DNA from: Phoronis australis
Taxonomy: Eukaryota > Animalia > Phoronida
Assembly: GCA_002633005.1 (NCBI GenBank)
Contig: NMRA01000438.1
Coordinates: 257,576 to 321,575, forward strand
Reading direction: 5' to 3'
Length of the DNA: 64,000 nt
Shown: positions 39,815 through 51,869 of the stretch, piece by piece
Numbering within the stretch: position 1 is the stretch's first letter
Layout: the number at the start of each line of letters is the position of its first letter
The notes under the pieces: generated by a model
Database searches by the model: none
The model's input: the letters and a program-made list of their open reading frames with translations, nothing else
Told to the model about the DNA's origin: nothing
Program-made: the position numbers and the translations under genes

Positions 39815-40830
39815 GTAGGGTATTTTTTCTTGTACGCTTTACGGTTACGAAACGTATGTAGTTCAGTTGCTTCTTCTTTACAGGGCATCCGTCCGTTGAT
39901 TACACCAAGTGCAATATTCACAAGATATAAATACCTGTTGGACGTTACAACATGTTGGATGAAATATGAGGCAACTCTCCATTCCCGATAGATTTCATTT
40001 TCACCCTGGACACCGTGAAGTTTCACCCCAAGTTCTTCACCATTTTACTCATTCATGTCCAACATAAACAGCATCACCTCCAAATGAGTACATTGAAAAT
40101 CGTGTTGGAAACTTCTGGTAAAGACTCAGATAGAGAAAAGAGGCCTATTAAGTTCCAGCTTGAGCCAATTTCACTTTATTAAGGTCATGCATTGAAGGTA
40201 ACATTTTGAAAGGGTGTGGTTCCAGTGGGGGGGATCCATGGTACATTCTCAAAGGGGTAGTTCCAAAACCTATTGTTGAAAATGGGGACCCAATTTTCTA
40301 TTCGTTGTCCGCTGGAGATCATTTGATATTGAAATGCTTTTTGGGGTAGGATGATACAGATTTCTTTAAATTCCAGTATCAAAGTTCACTTTCAAGTTTG
40401 CAGTCTTGAAAATAGCAAATCTCTCATGAATCAGGCAATTTCCTTTGATGCATAAGCGTGTAAATTAGAACCCTTGCAGGTTAGCAAAAGAGACTAATCT
40501 TGACATGATGGACCATCACAGGAGAGTACTAAACAGGTGAATAACACAACTGTGCACATTTTGAGTTAACTGCCGGTTGTTACGTTGCAATATGTATTGA
40601 CAAATTCGCAGTTCACACTATGGGGTTTTTGGTAATTCCAGAAGGGATACGCGCATGTGCACTTGGCAGGGAACCTGCGATGCACTGGTATCCCACCGTA
40701 GTTTGGGGGCACTCCAACAGGTTTTCGGATTTTATTCGTATTAATGAGAATTTCGGTTCTTCTCAGTGGTAGCTTGTACGTGGCCATCAAAATTATCAAA
40801 AATCGTACTCTTAAGAATCTGACAGGGCGT

Positions 40831-40928
40831 GGTTGCTATTGATGGTGAACGGGAGGTAGATTTCCCCCCTCCTTCGCGGGAAAATTCCCGGCTCTTAGAA
40901 AGCACAGTAACCTTTCCCCTCGGATGAA
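40831..40928 (+). repeat. Dispersed repeat, inverted copy near 55824-55925
   Basis: cgggaggtagattt.cccct...gcaca...acctttcc.ctcggatgaa is present on + here and on - at about 55.9 kb. Confidence 0.55.
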
Positions 40929-41895
40929 AGAGATTTTTAATTGTATTTTTGTATATATTAATTGTATATCGATTTTTTGTATTTATTTAACCCAGGCACA
41001 ATTTCTCGTGGCACTTTCTCGGTATGTATATTTATTGTACTGGATATTTCATAATAAACATTCAAAAAACGAGGTCCTTGAAGGAATATGATAACCATGC
41101 TTGTTCTGCCCAGTTAATTGAAATTAAGCTCTAAAACGAGATGGATTATTTTTTCAGAGTATGCTTTGGACGAACGAGCTTGGTGTTTTAATTTTAAATT
41201 CATCTTGTCCAGATTGAGATTTGAAACCTAACACATGTAATAGACGTAAGAACTATAAAAAACCAAGACAGAAAAATTGATAGTCAAGTAATTTTTAGCT
41301 TCAACTACCAGCCTGGATTTTTATTATGATAAAAATAATTTTAACAGCACCAATTATTCTTGCAGAATAATGACAGATCAACCGTTAGTCCCGGTAGTCC
41401 CTACCACACTACCAGGGTCTAGGCTTTGCTTGATGTTAATATTCTTGATCAACAAATTAAACCAGATGCGATTTGCACATGAAAGTAAAATGCGATGAGC
41501 CACCACAGTCAAATATATCTCCAACTCGTCAAAAATACAAGCAGATGGCCTGGTTCGTGCAGAAAGTATTTTTATTAACAATTTTCAAGAAGAAACGTAA
41601 CCCCGTGATCACCATGTATACCAATACGATCGCTGCAATTTGGTCATATTTACTTTCATGTTTCGAACGTAGTTTGACAAAAAAACTTATACCCTTTCGT
41701 TAGACATCTTTTTGGTGCATTGACTTGTTTGTCTAATGTATTTTTCTACGTCTCTGTGGTTAATTACTGACACATTTTCAAGATTTAATATCCAGGTTGG
41801 ACCAGCCATTTAACTCACGCAATGTCAACTTCCGCTTTATTTATCGCAGTGAGCCTCACTTTGGATTTTAGAAGTCCGCTCAGGAGGGCAGAGTT

Positions 41896-42014
41896 CAGTA
41901 ACGCTAGGACCTCGCTAAAATCTAACCAAAATCAGGCGTTCTCTTTTGAAATACACGGCAATAGTTCACGTAATCTCGTGAAGTCATGTTTTTAGCGAGG
42001 TCCTAGCGTTACTG
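41896..42014. mobile_element. MITE with long perfect TIRs in intron 1 of receptor A
   Basis: cagtaacgctaggacctcgctaaaa ... ttttagcgaggtcctagcgttactg (25-bp perfect inverted repeat). Confidence 0.8.
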
Positions 42015-42261
42015 TGCTCAGGTTTGTGCAGGGACGATGTTACATCGGGACATTATAAAAACACGTGCAATTATAAATCACCAGGAATCGAAATATAAGT
42101 GACGATATTTTTCCTTTGTCCAAACGTTTCGTAGTGTGTTTTTAGTTATTATAGTCTATTTGAAGTAATCTACGGCGTATAAGCTTGTTACCAGCTGGCA
42201 TTGTAAAACAAGTTTTCCCATCATTCTTCATGGCTAATGACATTGAAATCCTCTCCCTCAG

Positions 42262-42450
42262 GCATGCGCAGACTTACCCGTTCCAGTTCCACCTGCCCGC
42301 ATTTGAAGTTGACGAATGGCAAAACGGAAATAGTTGACAGTGGAAGGTCAATTAGTTTCCGTTGTAATCCCGCTTTTCGTCTGTTTGGTGTCATGCTTGC
42401 AGGCTGTACCTCTAGCGGAAAGTTGGACCAAAAGCCACCCGTTTGTGTAG
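42262..42450 (+). CDS. Receptor A exon 2: Sushi/CCP domain 1
   Basis: ccctcag| and |gtaagt, phase 1-1; CPHLKLTNG...FRCNPAFRLFG...C...PPVC. Confidence 0.9.
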
Positions 42451-42797
42451 GTAAGTTGTCTGCCTTTGCTATTGACGTGACCTCACACAGAGTACAGCAT
42501 TGGCGAGAACGTCGCCACACGTTCACCAATGTTCCTTAGGCCTTGCTATCATTTTCATTCCAACATCACTTTACAGTAAAAACACAAGGTTGTTTTACCC
42601 ACACTAACCTAGTTTAAAGTTTGCTGTTTGAAATCATACAACAGATGGCGTACACTAGGACGAGTCGAGACATCTGCCAGTTACCAGTGGTAACAACGGG
42701 CCAGAGACGTAGACATGACATAGACAACGATTATGTGTAAACAGTGGTGGAAAATCAATTGGTCTATTTACACCAACCTCTTGTCTATTTACACTGT

Positions 42798-42839
42798 CAC
42801 GACGTTTCGGTCGGTCTGTTCTCCTGCCATCGTCAGGTG
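42798..42839 (-). ncRNA. Minimal hammerhead ribozyme motif (PLE type) in intron 2 of receptor A, antisense
   Basis: Minus strand reads CAC-CTGACGA-T-GG(caggagaacagaccga)CC-GAAA-CG-TC-GTG. The core is perfect, with a GUC triplet and CAC/GTG stem I. Upstream on the same strand is ...KSNRDE..., like the PLE GIY-YIG 'NRD' end. Confidence 0.65.
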
Positions 42840-43105
42840 TTCAGGCGTTCTTAGAAGAACGAGCACGGATATGCGGTACACTCATCACGGTTTGATTTTT
42901 TGATTAAATATTGTCCTAGGAAGGATTTTAACCCACGACTTCCGAAACTACAGATATTTGAGTCCAGATATTGAGCAGAGAATTCAAACAGTTTAATAGT
43001 CATTCGTAATATAACAGGCAATGACTGCAAGAACATTATCAAGCCAGCATGTGAACACTCAATCGGTGCTTCAGTCGCCCGATTTGAGATCAGATATTGT
43101 TTCAG

Positions 43106-43279
43106 CTCCTGGTTGCCCTAACATCTGGACTTCACTCCCGAAGAATTTGAAGGTGAAGTCTCGTCGCTGGAGCAATGCTCTGGTCTCGTTCCGGTGTGCA
43201 AAAACCTTCACAATGGTTGGCAGCGAAACAATCTTTTGCAACGGAAATGAATGGAACGACAGCGTTCCCATGTGTTATG
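43106..43279 (+). CDS. Receptor A exon 3: Sushi/CCP domain 2
   Basis: tttcag| and |gtgagt, phase 1-1; GCP...VSFRCAKTFTMVGSETIFCNGNEWNDSVPMCY. Confidence 0.9.
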
Positions 43280-44219
43280 GTGAGTAGTGTTTGCACAGTC
43301 GTGTTCCCATTACTGCTCGTCAGAATGTGTCCACAGCGAGAACGAAGAGCTTGATCCTGTTCTGCGGTTTCGCGATTCAAACCCAAAAAGAGAAATATAA
43401 ATCGTTGTGTAGCGAATTAACCCCGTGCGGGTCCTTCATGTGCTCCAGTCTGCACCATGAGTGGCGTAATGGTTATCTTAATAACGCACTCGTCTTGATA
43501 CGGTTGTCAGTTGAAGCCAACACTGTTTTTCTATGAAAACTTAGCATTCTCATATGAGACTCAAGAGTAATTGAGAGCACCGGTCCTGAAAATCTGGCCA
43601 TGTTGAATAAGCGCGGGGTTTTGTATAAGCGCAGGTTTGAAAAAAGCGCCGGGCCAAAAATGCCTTCGAAAGAATAATTTCCCTGGCGCTATTACATGAC
43701 ACTAAGGTAGCACATTTCTGAAGTGTAAAGTTTGAGTGCATACATGTACGTTACAGAGATCGATTACTTGATTGCAATCATTTTGGTTTAAAGCTTTTAT
43801 AATTTCTTTTTGGGCAATTGTTTATAAATTTAAACCAGAAATATTGTCCCCAATGCAGTAAACAACAAAGTTTTTGTCATTTGAAACGAGTTTCTGCAAC
43901 TACGTATTTCCGTTACAATTTTATCAAGATTGCCGTTCAGAAAAAGGTCCCTTATTTTTTTAAACATCTCAATAGATTTAGAGCTGAGTTAATCAACTTG
44001 GGAGCGCTCATGAGTTAAACTGAACACTCCATGTACGTGAAAACAAGGCGTTCCCAAACACATGATCCCTGTAACTTCTCTGGTACCATTTTGAGAAATT
44101 CGAAACCCCATTAATTTACAAAAACTCCCATCCTTCTGTCAAAATGAAGTATTTCATATTTTCGGTCAATGGTTCACGTGTTTGTGTCACTAGTAATTGT
44201 CATGACAGCAATATTCTAG

Positions 44220-44375
44220 ACACACCTACTTCTGCGACGACCTTGGAATCCTGCAATTTTGAACGAGATCAATGCGAATGGTCACAAAGTTCACGAGATG
44301 ATTTTGACTGGGCACGCGGCAGTGCAAACAAACAGGTTGGGCCGTCGGTGGATCACACGTATGGAACAAGTTCAG
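44220..44375 (+). CDS. Receptor A exon 4: MAM domain N-terminus
   Basis: ttctag| and CAG|gtatt, phase 1-1; SCNFERDQCEWSQ...DDFDW...GPSVDHTYGT. Confidence 0.9.
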
Positions 44376-45555
44376 GTATTACAAACGGAAAAGACGCTTA
44401 AAGTTCCTAGCTGGTCGAATCCGTCTTCTGGCATTAGCCCACTTATAGTCTCAAAACTGGTTTCACAAGTTTTTATTCCGCTAAAAAGTGATGTCTTGAC
44501 ACGCCAAGAACTTACTCTCAGTCAGTTATTGCTTAGGACCAGGCCTATTGAAATGACTCGCTTCAGTGTCATTTCATGAGCCCAACGTACATGTATAAAC
44601 TAATCCTATCATTCTTCACACTGGTGGTGATGTGAATAAGTTTAGATTGGCCATCAAAGAGAGTCTTGTCACTGTTGAGCTGAATGCTAGGGTGTCACTA
44701 TTTGGGAATAGTTCGATCATTTATGTATCTACTGCTGCTACCGGTGTCAGAATGTTTCATTTGCTTTTGATTAGTCGTGGCCCTTTTGCATTGTGGGTTT
44801 CCTATTACATGAACCTTGATGACGAGGAACTGATTCAATGTCGAAACGTTGAACATTGTATATAATTATGTAATTACAATGTTATCAGCAATCGTTCTCA
44901 GATTTCTAAGATAAGTATGTGTTATTCTGTGTTCGAGTATGTTATGGTTCGCTCTTGATGACCCATACATTCAAGTTACAAAATTCGAGTGAAACTAGTT
45001 ATTTCGAGAAAGCCACAATATTTCAAAATCTGATTGGAGGAAAAAGCTTTTACGCTGGGTTCATAAAGCTCAAACTGGAATATAATGATAATCAAAATGT
45101 ACTCGAACTCTAAAGTTCAAAGGTCTGACCTCAGACCTTGATCAGGTAGCGTCATTTCTAATCATTGACCCTACTCAATTGCACAGCCATCTAGATGCTG
45201 AATGTCTCTGTTTAGTGGGTCAACTGAACGGAATTAATTTGCATACGGGATATGGTCCAGGGGCACGCACGGCGACAATTAAAAGAGGATTGTCTTGAAG
45301 GGACGTTTTATAACTTCAGAAAAAAATGAAAGGGCTTATCACTAATTACCATGAATGAAATATCAGCTTTCCGGTAAACTTCCTTCTAAGAACCCTAAAA
45401 CACTTAAACATGACCGGAGAAATGAAAAAATAACGAAACGTCGTGCCAATGTAAACAAACTTGAGAGTGGTGTTGATTTTCGAAATGATGTTACCACCTC
45501 ATATCAGTTTCAGGAAGACACAGCTGACATTTGCGACTTTTATTTTCATGTTCAG

Positions 45556-45699
45556 GACATTTTCTCTACGTTGGAACGAATGCCTCAAGGGAGATAAAAG
45601 ACTCGGCTGTTCTAATCTCCCAAAGGTTTCCCGCCATGTGGAGCGGGAATTGCTTCCAGTTCTGGTACAATATGTTCGACGGTGATTCCAACAGGACCA
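45556..45699 (+). CDS. Receptor A exon 5: MAM domain
   Basis: ttcag| and |gtgagt, phase 1-1; GHFLYV...AVLISQ...CFQFWYNMF. An alternative donor at 45682 has the same phase. Confidence 0.85.
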
Positions 45700-48600
45700 G
45701 TGAGTTGCCACGAAAGCAGTTACTCTGTCTACTTCACATATCCAGAAAGCATAACTACTTAGGCCTGAAGACAGCGTGAATTTCATATTTAATTACACAC
45801 AAACCTTGACAAACAACAGTGCATTTTCTAAACTCTTCGATGTTACCCATCTGTGGAACAAGTTTTGTCACACTACCACAAAGTCAATACACTAAGTGAG
45901 TTGCAAGACGCGGCTTTGCATACGTTCGCAGACAGCAAAATCCTTGAGAGGTCGCGTTTTAGGCAAACATTGTGACAGCCAATTTCCTTTGGTAACACTC
46001 AGCAGTTTTTGATGATTTTGGGCTTGAAAAACCTCTGAGATATTGGCAGCTCTACCATTTTGTTGATGTACAAAATCAGAAAATAGGAACAGTACTGAGC
46101 CACAATCTTCTAAAACGTTGTGCCAGGTGTATTGAAAATGATTCCAAAGTTATTGTCCTCATTTTACGACTACCTGAAGTGCAGCCGTCTACTTCAAATA
46201 AAGAGCATAAGTACACCAAATTAGCAGTTTTCATCCCTCAATCATCACTTGCATGAAAATACTACGAACTGAGAGACAGCGTATTCAGACTGCCAAAACT
46301 ACCCAGATTACATAAATCATGTGAAAAATGGTTGTCTAGTTGCAAGAATATTTAAAAATTCGAAGTGTCTGAAGATCACCTGAATTTCCTTCTAAATTCC
46401 ATCTTCCCTCATGTATGTTGTACAGTTTTGGGAAAAACCACGACTGAACAGAAAGCTGGTCAAGCGGTCAAAAACTGCAAATATTTCTCTCAAAACAGAC
46501 TAAAAATCAAGCAAATGCCATTCTTAGCCTTCACGGGCAACACAAATCTATTTAAAAAAATGCCGAGCAAATCCATCATTCGCCAAATTTTAATGAAATT
46601 GGTGCAGGTATTGTCAACCGTTGCTCGATCTTTACTGGACGGTCACGTGACAGGCCTGACCACGCAAGACAAACTTGGCTGTTTTGCATCGTGGAACTAT
46701 GCATTGTTGGTTTCTCTGATCGGGATGACCTCTTCGCTGTAGTTGCCGCGCCAATAGTAATTGTACGAGCGGAAGGCGAGAAGTGCTCGATTGGAAGACG
46801 TTAGTGAATTACTTTCGAGTACTTTAAATACCCCGCGTGGAATTTTTAAAGGTCAAGCATTCAGGAAACCTGTCAGGAAAGGTTAACTATGATTTGAATA
46901 TTTCTTTTCCGAATGCACTTCTACCATTGGAGAAATTAGTAATGCGCAAATTTGTTTCATCAAGTTCTTATATTTCTTTTAACAAGAGAAAAAAACAACC
47001 AATTATAGTGTTTATTTGAATTTTGACGGAACGGAATTTTCATGGCTTGAAATCAAAGTGGTCATAAACCAGCGTTACTGTGAAGATACATGTAGTAATT
47101 TTCGATTTGAAATTATTTCGGTGAGACAAAACAACTGACAGTTGCTACATAATCCCGACAGAGCCATTTTGAACTGAAGAAAAATATTTCATTATCTGGC
47201 GGACACCAGATAAAATATGTTTCTTCACTTCAAAACACAGATAATTAATCATCTTGCGTCCTAAAGACAAAAATGCGGAAGCCGCCAGGTAATAGAATAT
47301 TTTCTTCACTTCAAAATGGCACTATTGAGATTGCGTAAGCTGCCTTAGACATTGCTGGGTTAATAAAATGACGAGTAGGGAAGAAGTCAACTTGTAAACT
47401 GTTCTAAAACAACGTCGAACAGTCATTTTTCAGAGCTCAGAAATTACATCTGTTTTGACTAAGTGACAATTTGAGACTACATGTAGTTTCATAACGGTAG
47501 TCTAATTTGTTGTGACGGAAGAGATTTTATACCCGTTTCGATGGTGTTTTATAGCATTTCAATTAAAAGGAACACAATCGGTTTTTCGACCGAAGAGACG
47601 CTTATTGGGAGTTCAATACATGTAAAATTGAAGTCGCTAACAAAAACCTGCGTGAACAACTGAATCAATAGGCGAATGCCCCGAGTTTACATGAGATCAA
47701 GATTGGGGAGCCAAAACATGTTGGAGGAGTCACGATTCTCGAATTTGGAAACGAGATCGTGCGCGTGATGAGCTGAACATTTCCAAAACATTACAACTAA
47801 TCCCCGTTTAGTGCGTAGTCCAGACGGCGTTGATTGTTTTAATCACCAGGCTAATTTTTTTGTCCAATCTCACTACGCAAACGCCAATATACTATCCAGC
47901 ATGCTGAATCAATACATTAATAGAAACATGCATCGACTCAAAACTGTTGAATTTTTATCGCATTTCTTCTGCGAAAGAAGGATTCTAAACTTTCCACGAA
48001 GAACTCAATTTCAAAAGTCAAACACGTTAAAATTTATCAGTTTCTGTCATTGACATTTTAATTGATTTCAGGCACTATTTTATTTCCGTAAAATAATCAC
48101 GAATGCGATAATTGGCCGGTACAAGTCAATGGTAGCTTAGATCAACTGTGGTAATACCAAAGGCGGGGGTGACACTAGTTTCCCTCGGTTGATTCAGAGA
48201 AGCATTTGTTAACTATATGATACCGCTGAACGTGCAGGTTTCCTACCGAAGACAGACCTTTGGATTGCATTCCTTTTCTGTCTTCCAGAAATAGCTAAAC
48301 ATGCATAATCCTTGATTAAGTCTCAGCGTAAAGCAACTAATTTTTGAAAAATTTACAATTCTTCCAGTCCTTGTCTAAGTAACCGAATAAAATCCCTAGC
48401 TGAATGACAAAAAAGATCACGGCGAGCTGGCAACTCTTAATAACCTGCTAACCTAGTATGTAACTTTTGAGGTCACAGGTCATGACCATACTTGAATGTC
48501 TCGTGGTTCAACAACCAGGCAAGTCAATTGTGACAAAGGAAAATCGGAGTGTTTTTGACCAAAGAGCTCCAAACAACAGTTGAAGTATTATTTGAAGTAA

Positions 48601-48759
48601 ATTTGTGTGACTCGCATTTGAACCATCTTCATTACCACCGGTTACGCGGTTATGTCGCTTGAAAGATCATTAGGTACATGTAGACTAATTAAAATATGCA
48701 TGGCAGTTTCCATTGACGATAGTGCGAACGTTATGGTATTTAAGCTTGTTTTGTTACAG

Positions 48760-48908
48760 ACTCCATGGCAAGTTCGTTGGAAGTATTTGTGTCCAAAGCG
48801 GGTGACAGTTTGTTTAGGTTGCCGCCATCTGTCCACGCCAAGGGAAACCAACGAGACGTTTGGCATTTAGGTCAGGTCGAAATCCCCAAACTGACTACAG
48901 ACTTCCAG
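48760..48908 (+). CDS. Receptor A exon 6: MAM domain
   Basis: ttacag| and CAG|gtact, phase 1 to 0; SLEVFV...GNQRDVWHLGQVEI...FQ. Confidence 0.85.
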
Positions 48909-50365
48909 GTACTGTTCACACATCGATGCTCGAAGATCTGCCTTCTTCTAAGAATTATCGTATTAAATTTGAAAAATGTCGACTGAAGTAGCTTGCTATT
49001 TATCTTTTTGTACAGGTGTTTATTCTGTTGCGGCAACAAAGGCATGCGGAAATCTTGTATTACTTCAGCTACGTTTGCGAATAAACGTCAAAAGAGCGTG
49101 ATCCAGTAGTGAAACTAGCAGGAGCGTGCTTTGTATAAAGTGACTGAAGACAAAGAGTTGGTCTTACGCTCCGCATAATCATTTCGGAAAGTAAATCTCA
49201 CTTGAGCAAAAAAGCGTTGTCTCTGCCAGTATAAACATACTCTGTAACTGTTGGTTACTTTGATAATTTCTACGAATTATTGCTACACTGTGATGCACTC
49301 ATAATTACTCGTCCAAACATATATTCAGCAACTTTGAAGAGGGAGCATACAAGACCTGAAATTTTTGTCTGAGGTTTTAACAACTTTCATCAAACGGACC
49401 CTGGATGTAATATCCAAGTCAACAACTGTGGCCCTGCCCATGCGATTGCTTTTCATTGATGAAACAGGCTTCGCTTTCGCCGATGTTCAATGAAAATGTG
49501 AACCATCAACGAAACTCGACTCTTGCAAAAGGAAATTTTAAAATCGCCTTTTTTCAAATATGGAACTAAGTAAACCTGCTCACGTATACTTTATTAATAT
49601 GAACAATTAAGTTCGGATCAAAAACTATACGAGCACGCTTCGTGTGGTCAGAAAACGTTTTTGAAAACGTACAGAAATGTAAAACGTAAAGTATAATTAG
49701 GCTTTCAAAATGAAAACGCAGTCACGTGGACAGGGCCTTATTGATCCCCTTTAGTTTCTCATCATGCTAAGTGTCGCAATTCACGGAAAAGCTACATGCA
49801 CGTGACAAACCGGACATTTCTAATGAATTCAATTATTACTTTGTGCACGATGTCCCAACTCAATCCTGCCGGTGAAAACAGCTCCCCCTATCTTCAACAA
49901 TCAGCATCACTCAACGCATTTCAAAGTTTCCATCAGCTGAAAAGTATAAAGTTGTACAAAACCATCCGGTCTTTAAAAGCTACATCAAACACAGGTCACG
50001 AGCATACTTCTACAAATATAATAAAACAATGCGCATATGAACCTAAGATATTTCTTTTGAAGCAGTCTTTGTACTCTAAAAACTTACCAGGTGATATAAA
50101 ATTGCCAAAGCCGTGGCCATGTTTAAACAAAACGACCTTAGTCTGCAGAAATTTATATGTCCTTCCTTTCTTTCTTGAAATGTTTGAAAAATCATTCGAC
50201 TTTGTTCCTTTCTGCAAACCAACAATATTCGATATGGTTTTTGCGAAGCCGTTTCAAGTGAACTAACAACACTTGAAAAACGACACTGAAAACCTTAGCT
50301 TTCCCCTTTAAGTTGACACTTACCAAGGTTTATTGGCTTACGTAATTTGTTCCTTCTCATTCCAG

Positions 50366-50857
50366 ATCGTCATGAATGCAACGTGTGGAAGGTCCTCGAA
50401 TGTTGCAATCGATGACGTCACTTTGTTCCGATGCTCAAAAGGTGGCGCCACAACTTCAGCGCCGACAACGGAAAAAACTTCACCGATTCAAACCACTACA
50501 GAAGATTCAGCTGCGTTCGTGGAAACTACTGAAGCAACGACTCGAAGTACATCAACCAAGAAAGAGGGAGCTTTGAGGAAACCCGTTATCGTTGGCAAAG
50601 CCGGTGCCGCAAAGGAGGAGCCGGAGAACAGCGAGTCAAATTCGACCATAGTTATTGTCGTTTCTGTTTGCGTTGGAGCTGTTGCCTTTGTCGTCATCGT
50701 CGTTGTTCTGGTTGTTTGGAAAATGAAAAGTCGAAGACGCAACGCTGTCAACACGACCGCTAGCGAAAACATCGTCACAGCGGCGTTCTCGTTTAACTCA
50801 AATGCCCAATCGACTGTTGTGGACATCCCCAAAGCCACTGTAAAGAATATGGCATGA
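50366..50857 (+). CDS. Receptor A exon 7: MAM end, Thr-rich stalk, transmembrane helix, cytoplasmic tail
   Basis: ttccag|ATC, phase 0; VAIDDV MAM motif, TTSAPTTEKT stalk, IVIVVSVCVGAVAFVVIVVVLVVW followed by KMKSRRR, then TGA. The seven exons sum to 1383 nt (460 aa plus stop). Confidence 0.9.
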   Translation: MVMNATCGRSSNVAIDDVTLFRCSKGGATTSAPTTEKTSPIQTTTEDSAAFVETTEATTRSTSTKKEGALRKPVIVGKAGAAKEEPENSESNSTIVIVVSVCVGAVAFVVIVVVLVVWKMKSRRRNAVNTTASENIVTAAFSFNSNAQSTVVDIPKATVKNMA

Positions 50858-50873
50858 AGTACGAAGTTTAGCG

Positions 50874-51110
50874 CATGCGCGCACTCAGCCTAAAATATAG
50901 GGGGGCTCTTATTCTTCGATATGTTGACCTTTTGAAATAAATCAAATAAGATTAAAAAAAAAAAAACGGGGCCACTAGGTTCAGGCCTGCCGATCGTGCA
51001 TCAGCGCCGACTTCCTGTGGACTTTTGACTCGTTTACTCGGAATTTTTGTTTCACTGAGGCGGACCTTTTTGTCCAATTCGCCGAGCCCCCCCCCCTGGG
51101 TGCACCCATG
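50874..51110. mobile_element. MITE (CATG-ended family) just 3' of the receptor A stop codon
   Basis: catgcgcgcactcag ... ctgggtgcacccatg; flanks tagcg / taccg. Confidence 0.6.
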
Positions 51111-51677
51111 TACCGTAACACCAACTTCGCCTCAAATTTCTCAGTAGCTAAAATAATGTAGCGTAGTCAGTCTTTCTCCTTCACGAACTGTATGAGTGGT
51201 AAACGATCACATTAACACCACTGTTTTCTCACGAACACAATTTTCCTTAATAAAGAGGCAGCTTGTGGTGCGTAGGAATTAAATACAGCACGCCAGAAAA
51301 GAAATATTTTCATAAGAGGTGAACACCGTTATTGACAATGCATATCCAGTGGATTGAAGATGTTGATTTGAGGCTCATTCATGAAAAAGTTGAACTCATT
51401 TATAACGTTGTAATAGAATAATTGTATACGCAAACGCGACAATGCAATTGCTCTAGGACATACTAAGTTGTCCTTAGTTACCTACGGTAATACTACCTTT
51501 CTCTCTGAACCGAGAAGTAAAAGCCGACTTTTAATTGCATCTTGAAAAAATGTCGCTGTTTTGATGTCAGGCCCTAACATTGGCTAAATTTAGAAATGAG
51601 ATTAGAATATTTTTCACTTTTAATTTGGGGATTGAGGTTATTGTTTCAAAAGTCCTGGATACACTGTGAGGCTATAT

Positions 51678-51869
51678 TGACGCTGTACTCATGTGGGGTG
51701 TTCCTTTTCCCTGCAGTAAAACTTTATACTGTACTTAACTGGGATGTTCCTTTCCCCTGCAGTAAAACTTGATGCTGTACTAAGCTGGGGTGTTCCTTTT
51801 CCCTGCGGTAAAACTTATGCTGTACTTAGCAGGGGTGTTCCTTTTCCCTGCGGTAAAACTTGATGCTGA
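51678..51869. repeat. Minisatellite, four units of ~46 bp
   Basis: Unit ctgtact.a.(c)tggggtgttccttttccctgc(a/g)gtaaaactt(g)atg repeated head to tail. Confidence 0.9.

Noticed and set aside
49796-50266. 156-aa ORF
   Set aside because: Lies in intron 6 of receptor A, has AT-rich random composition and no motifs.
51678-51869. CRISPR-like array
   Set aside because: Units are contiguous with no unique ~30-bp spacers, there are no cas genes, and the context is eukaryotic.
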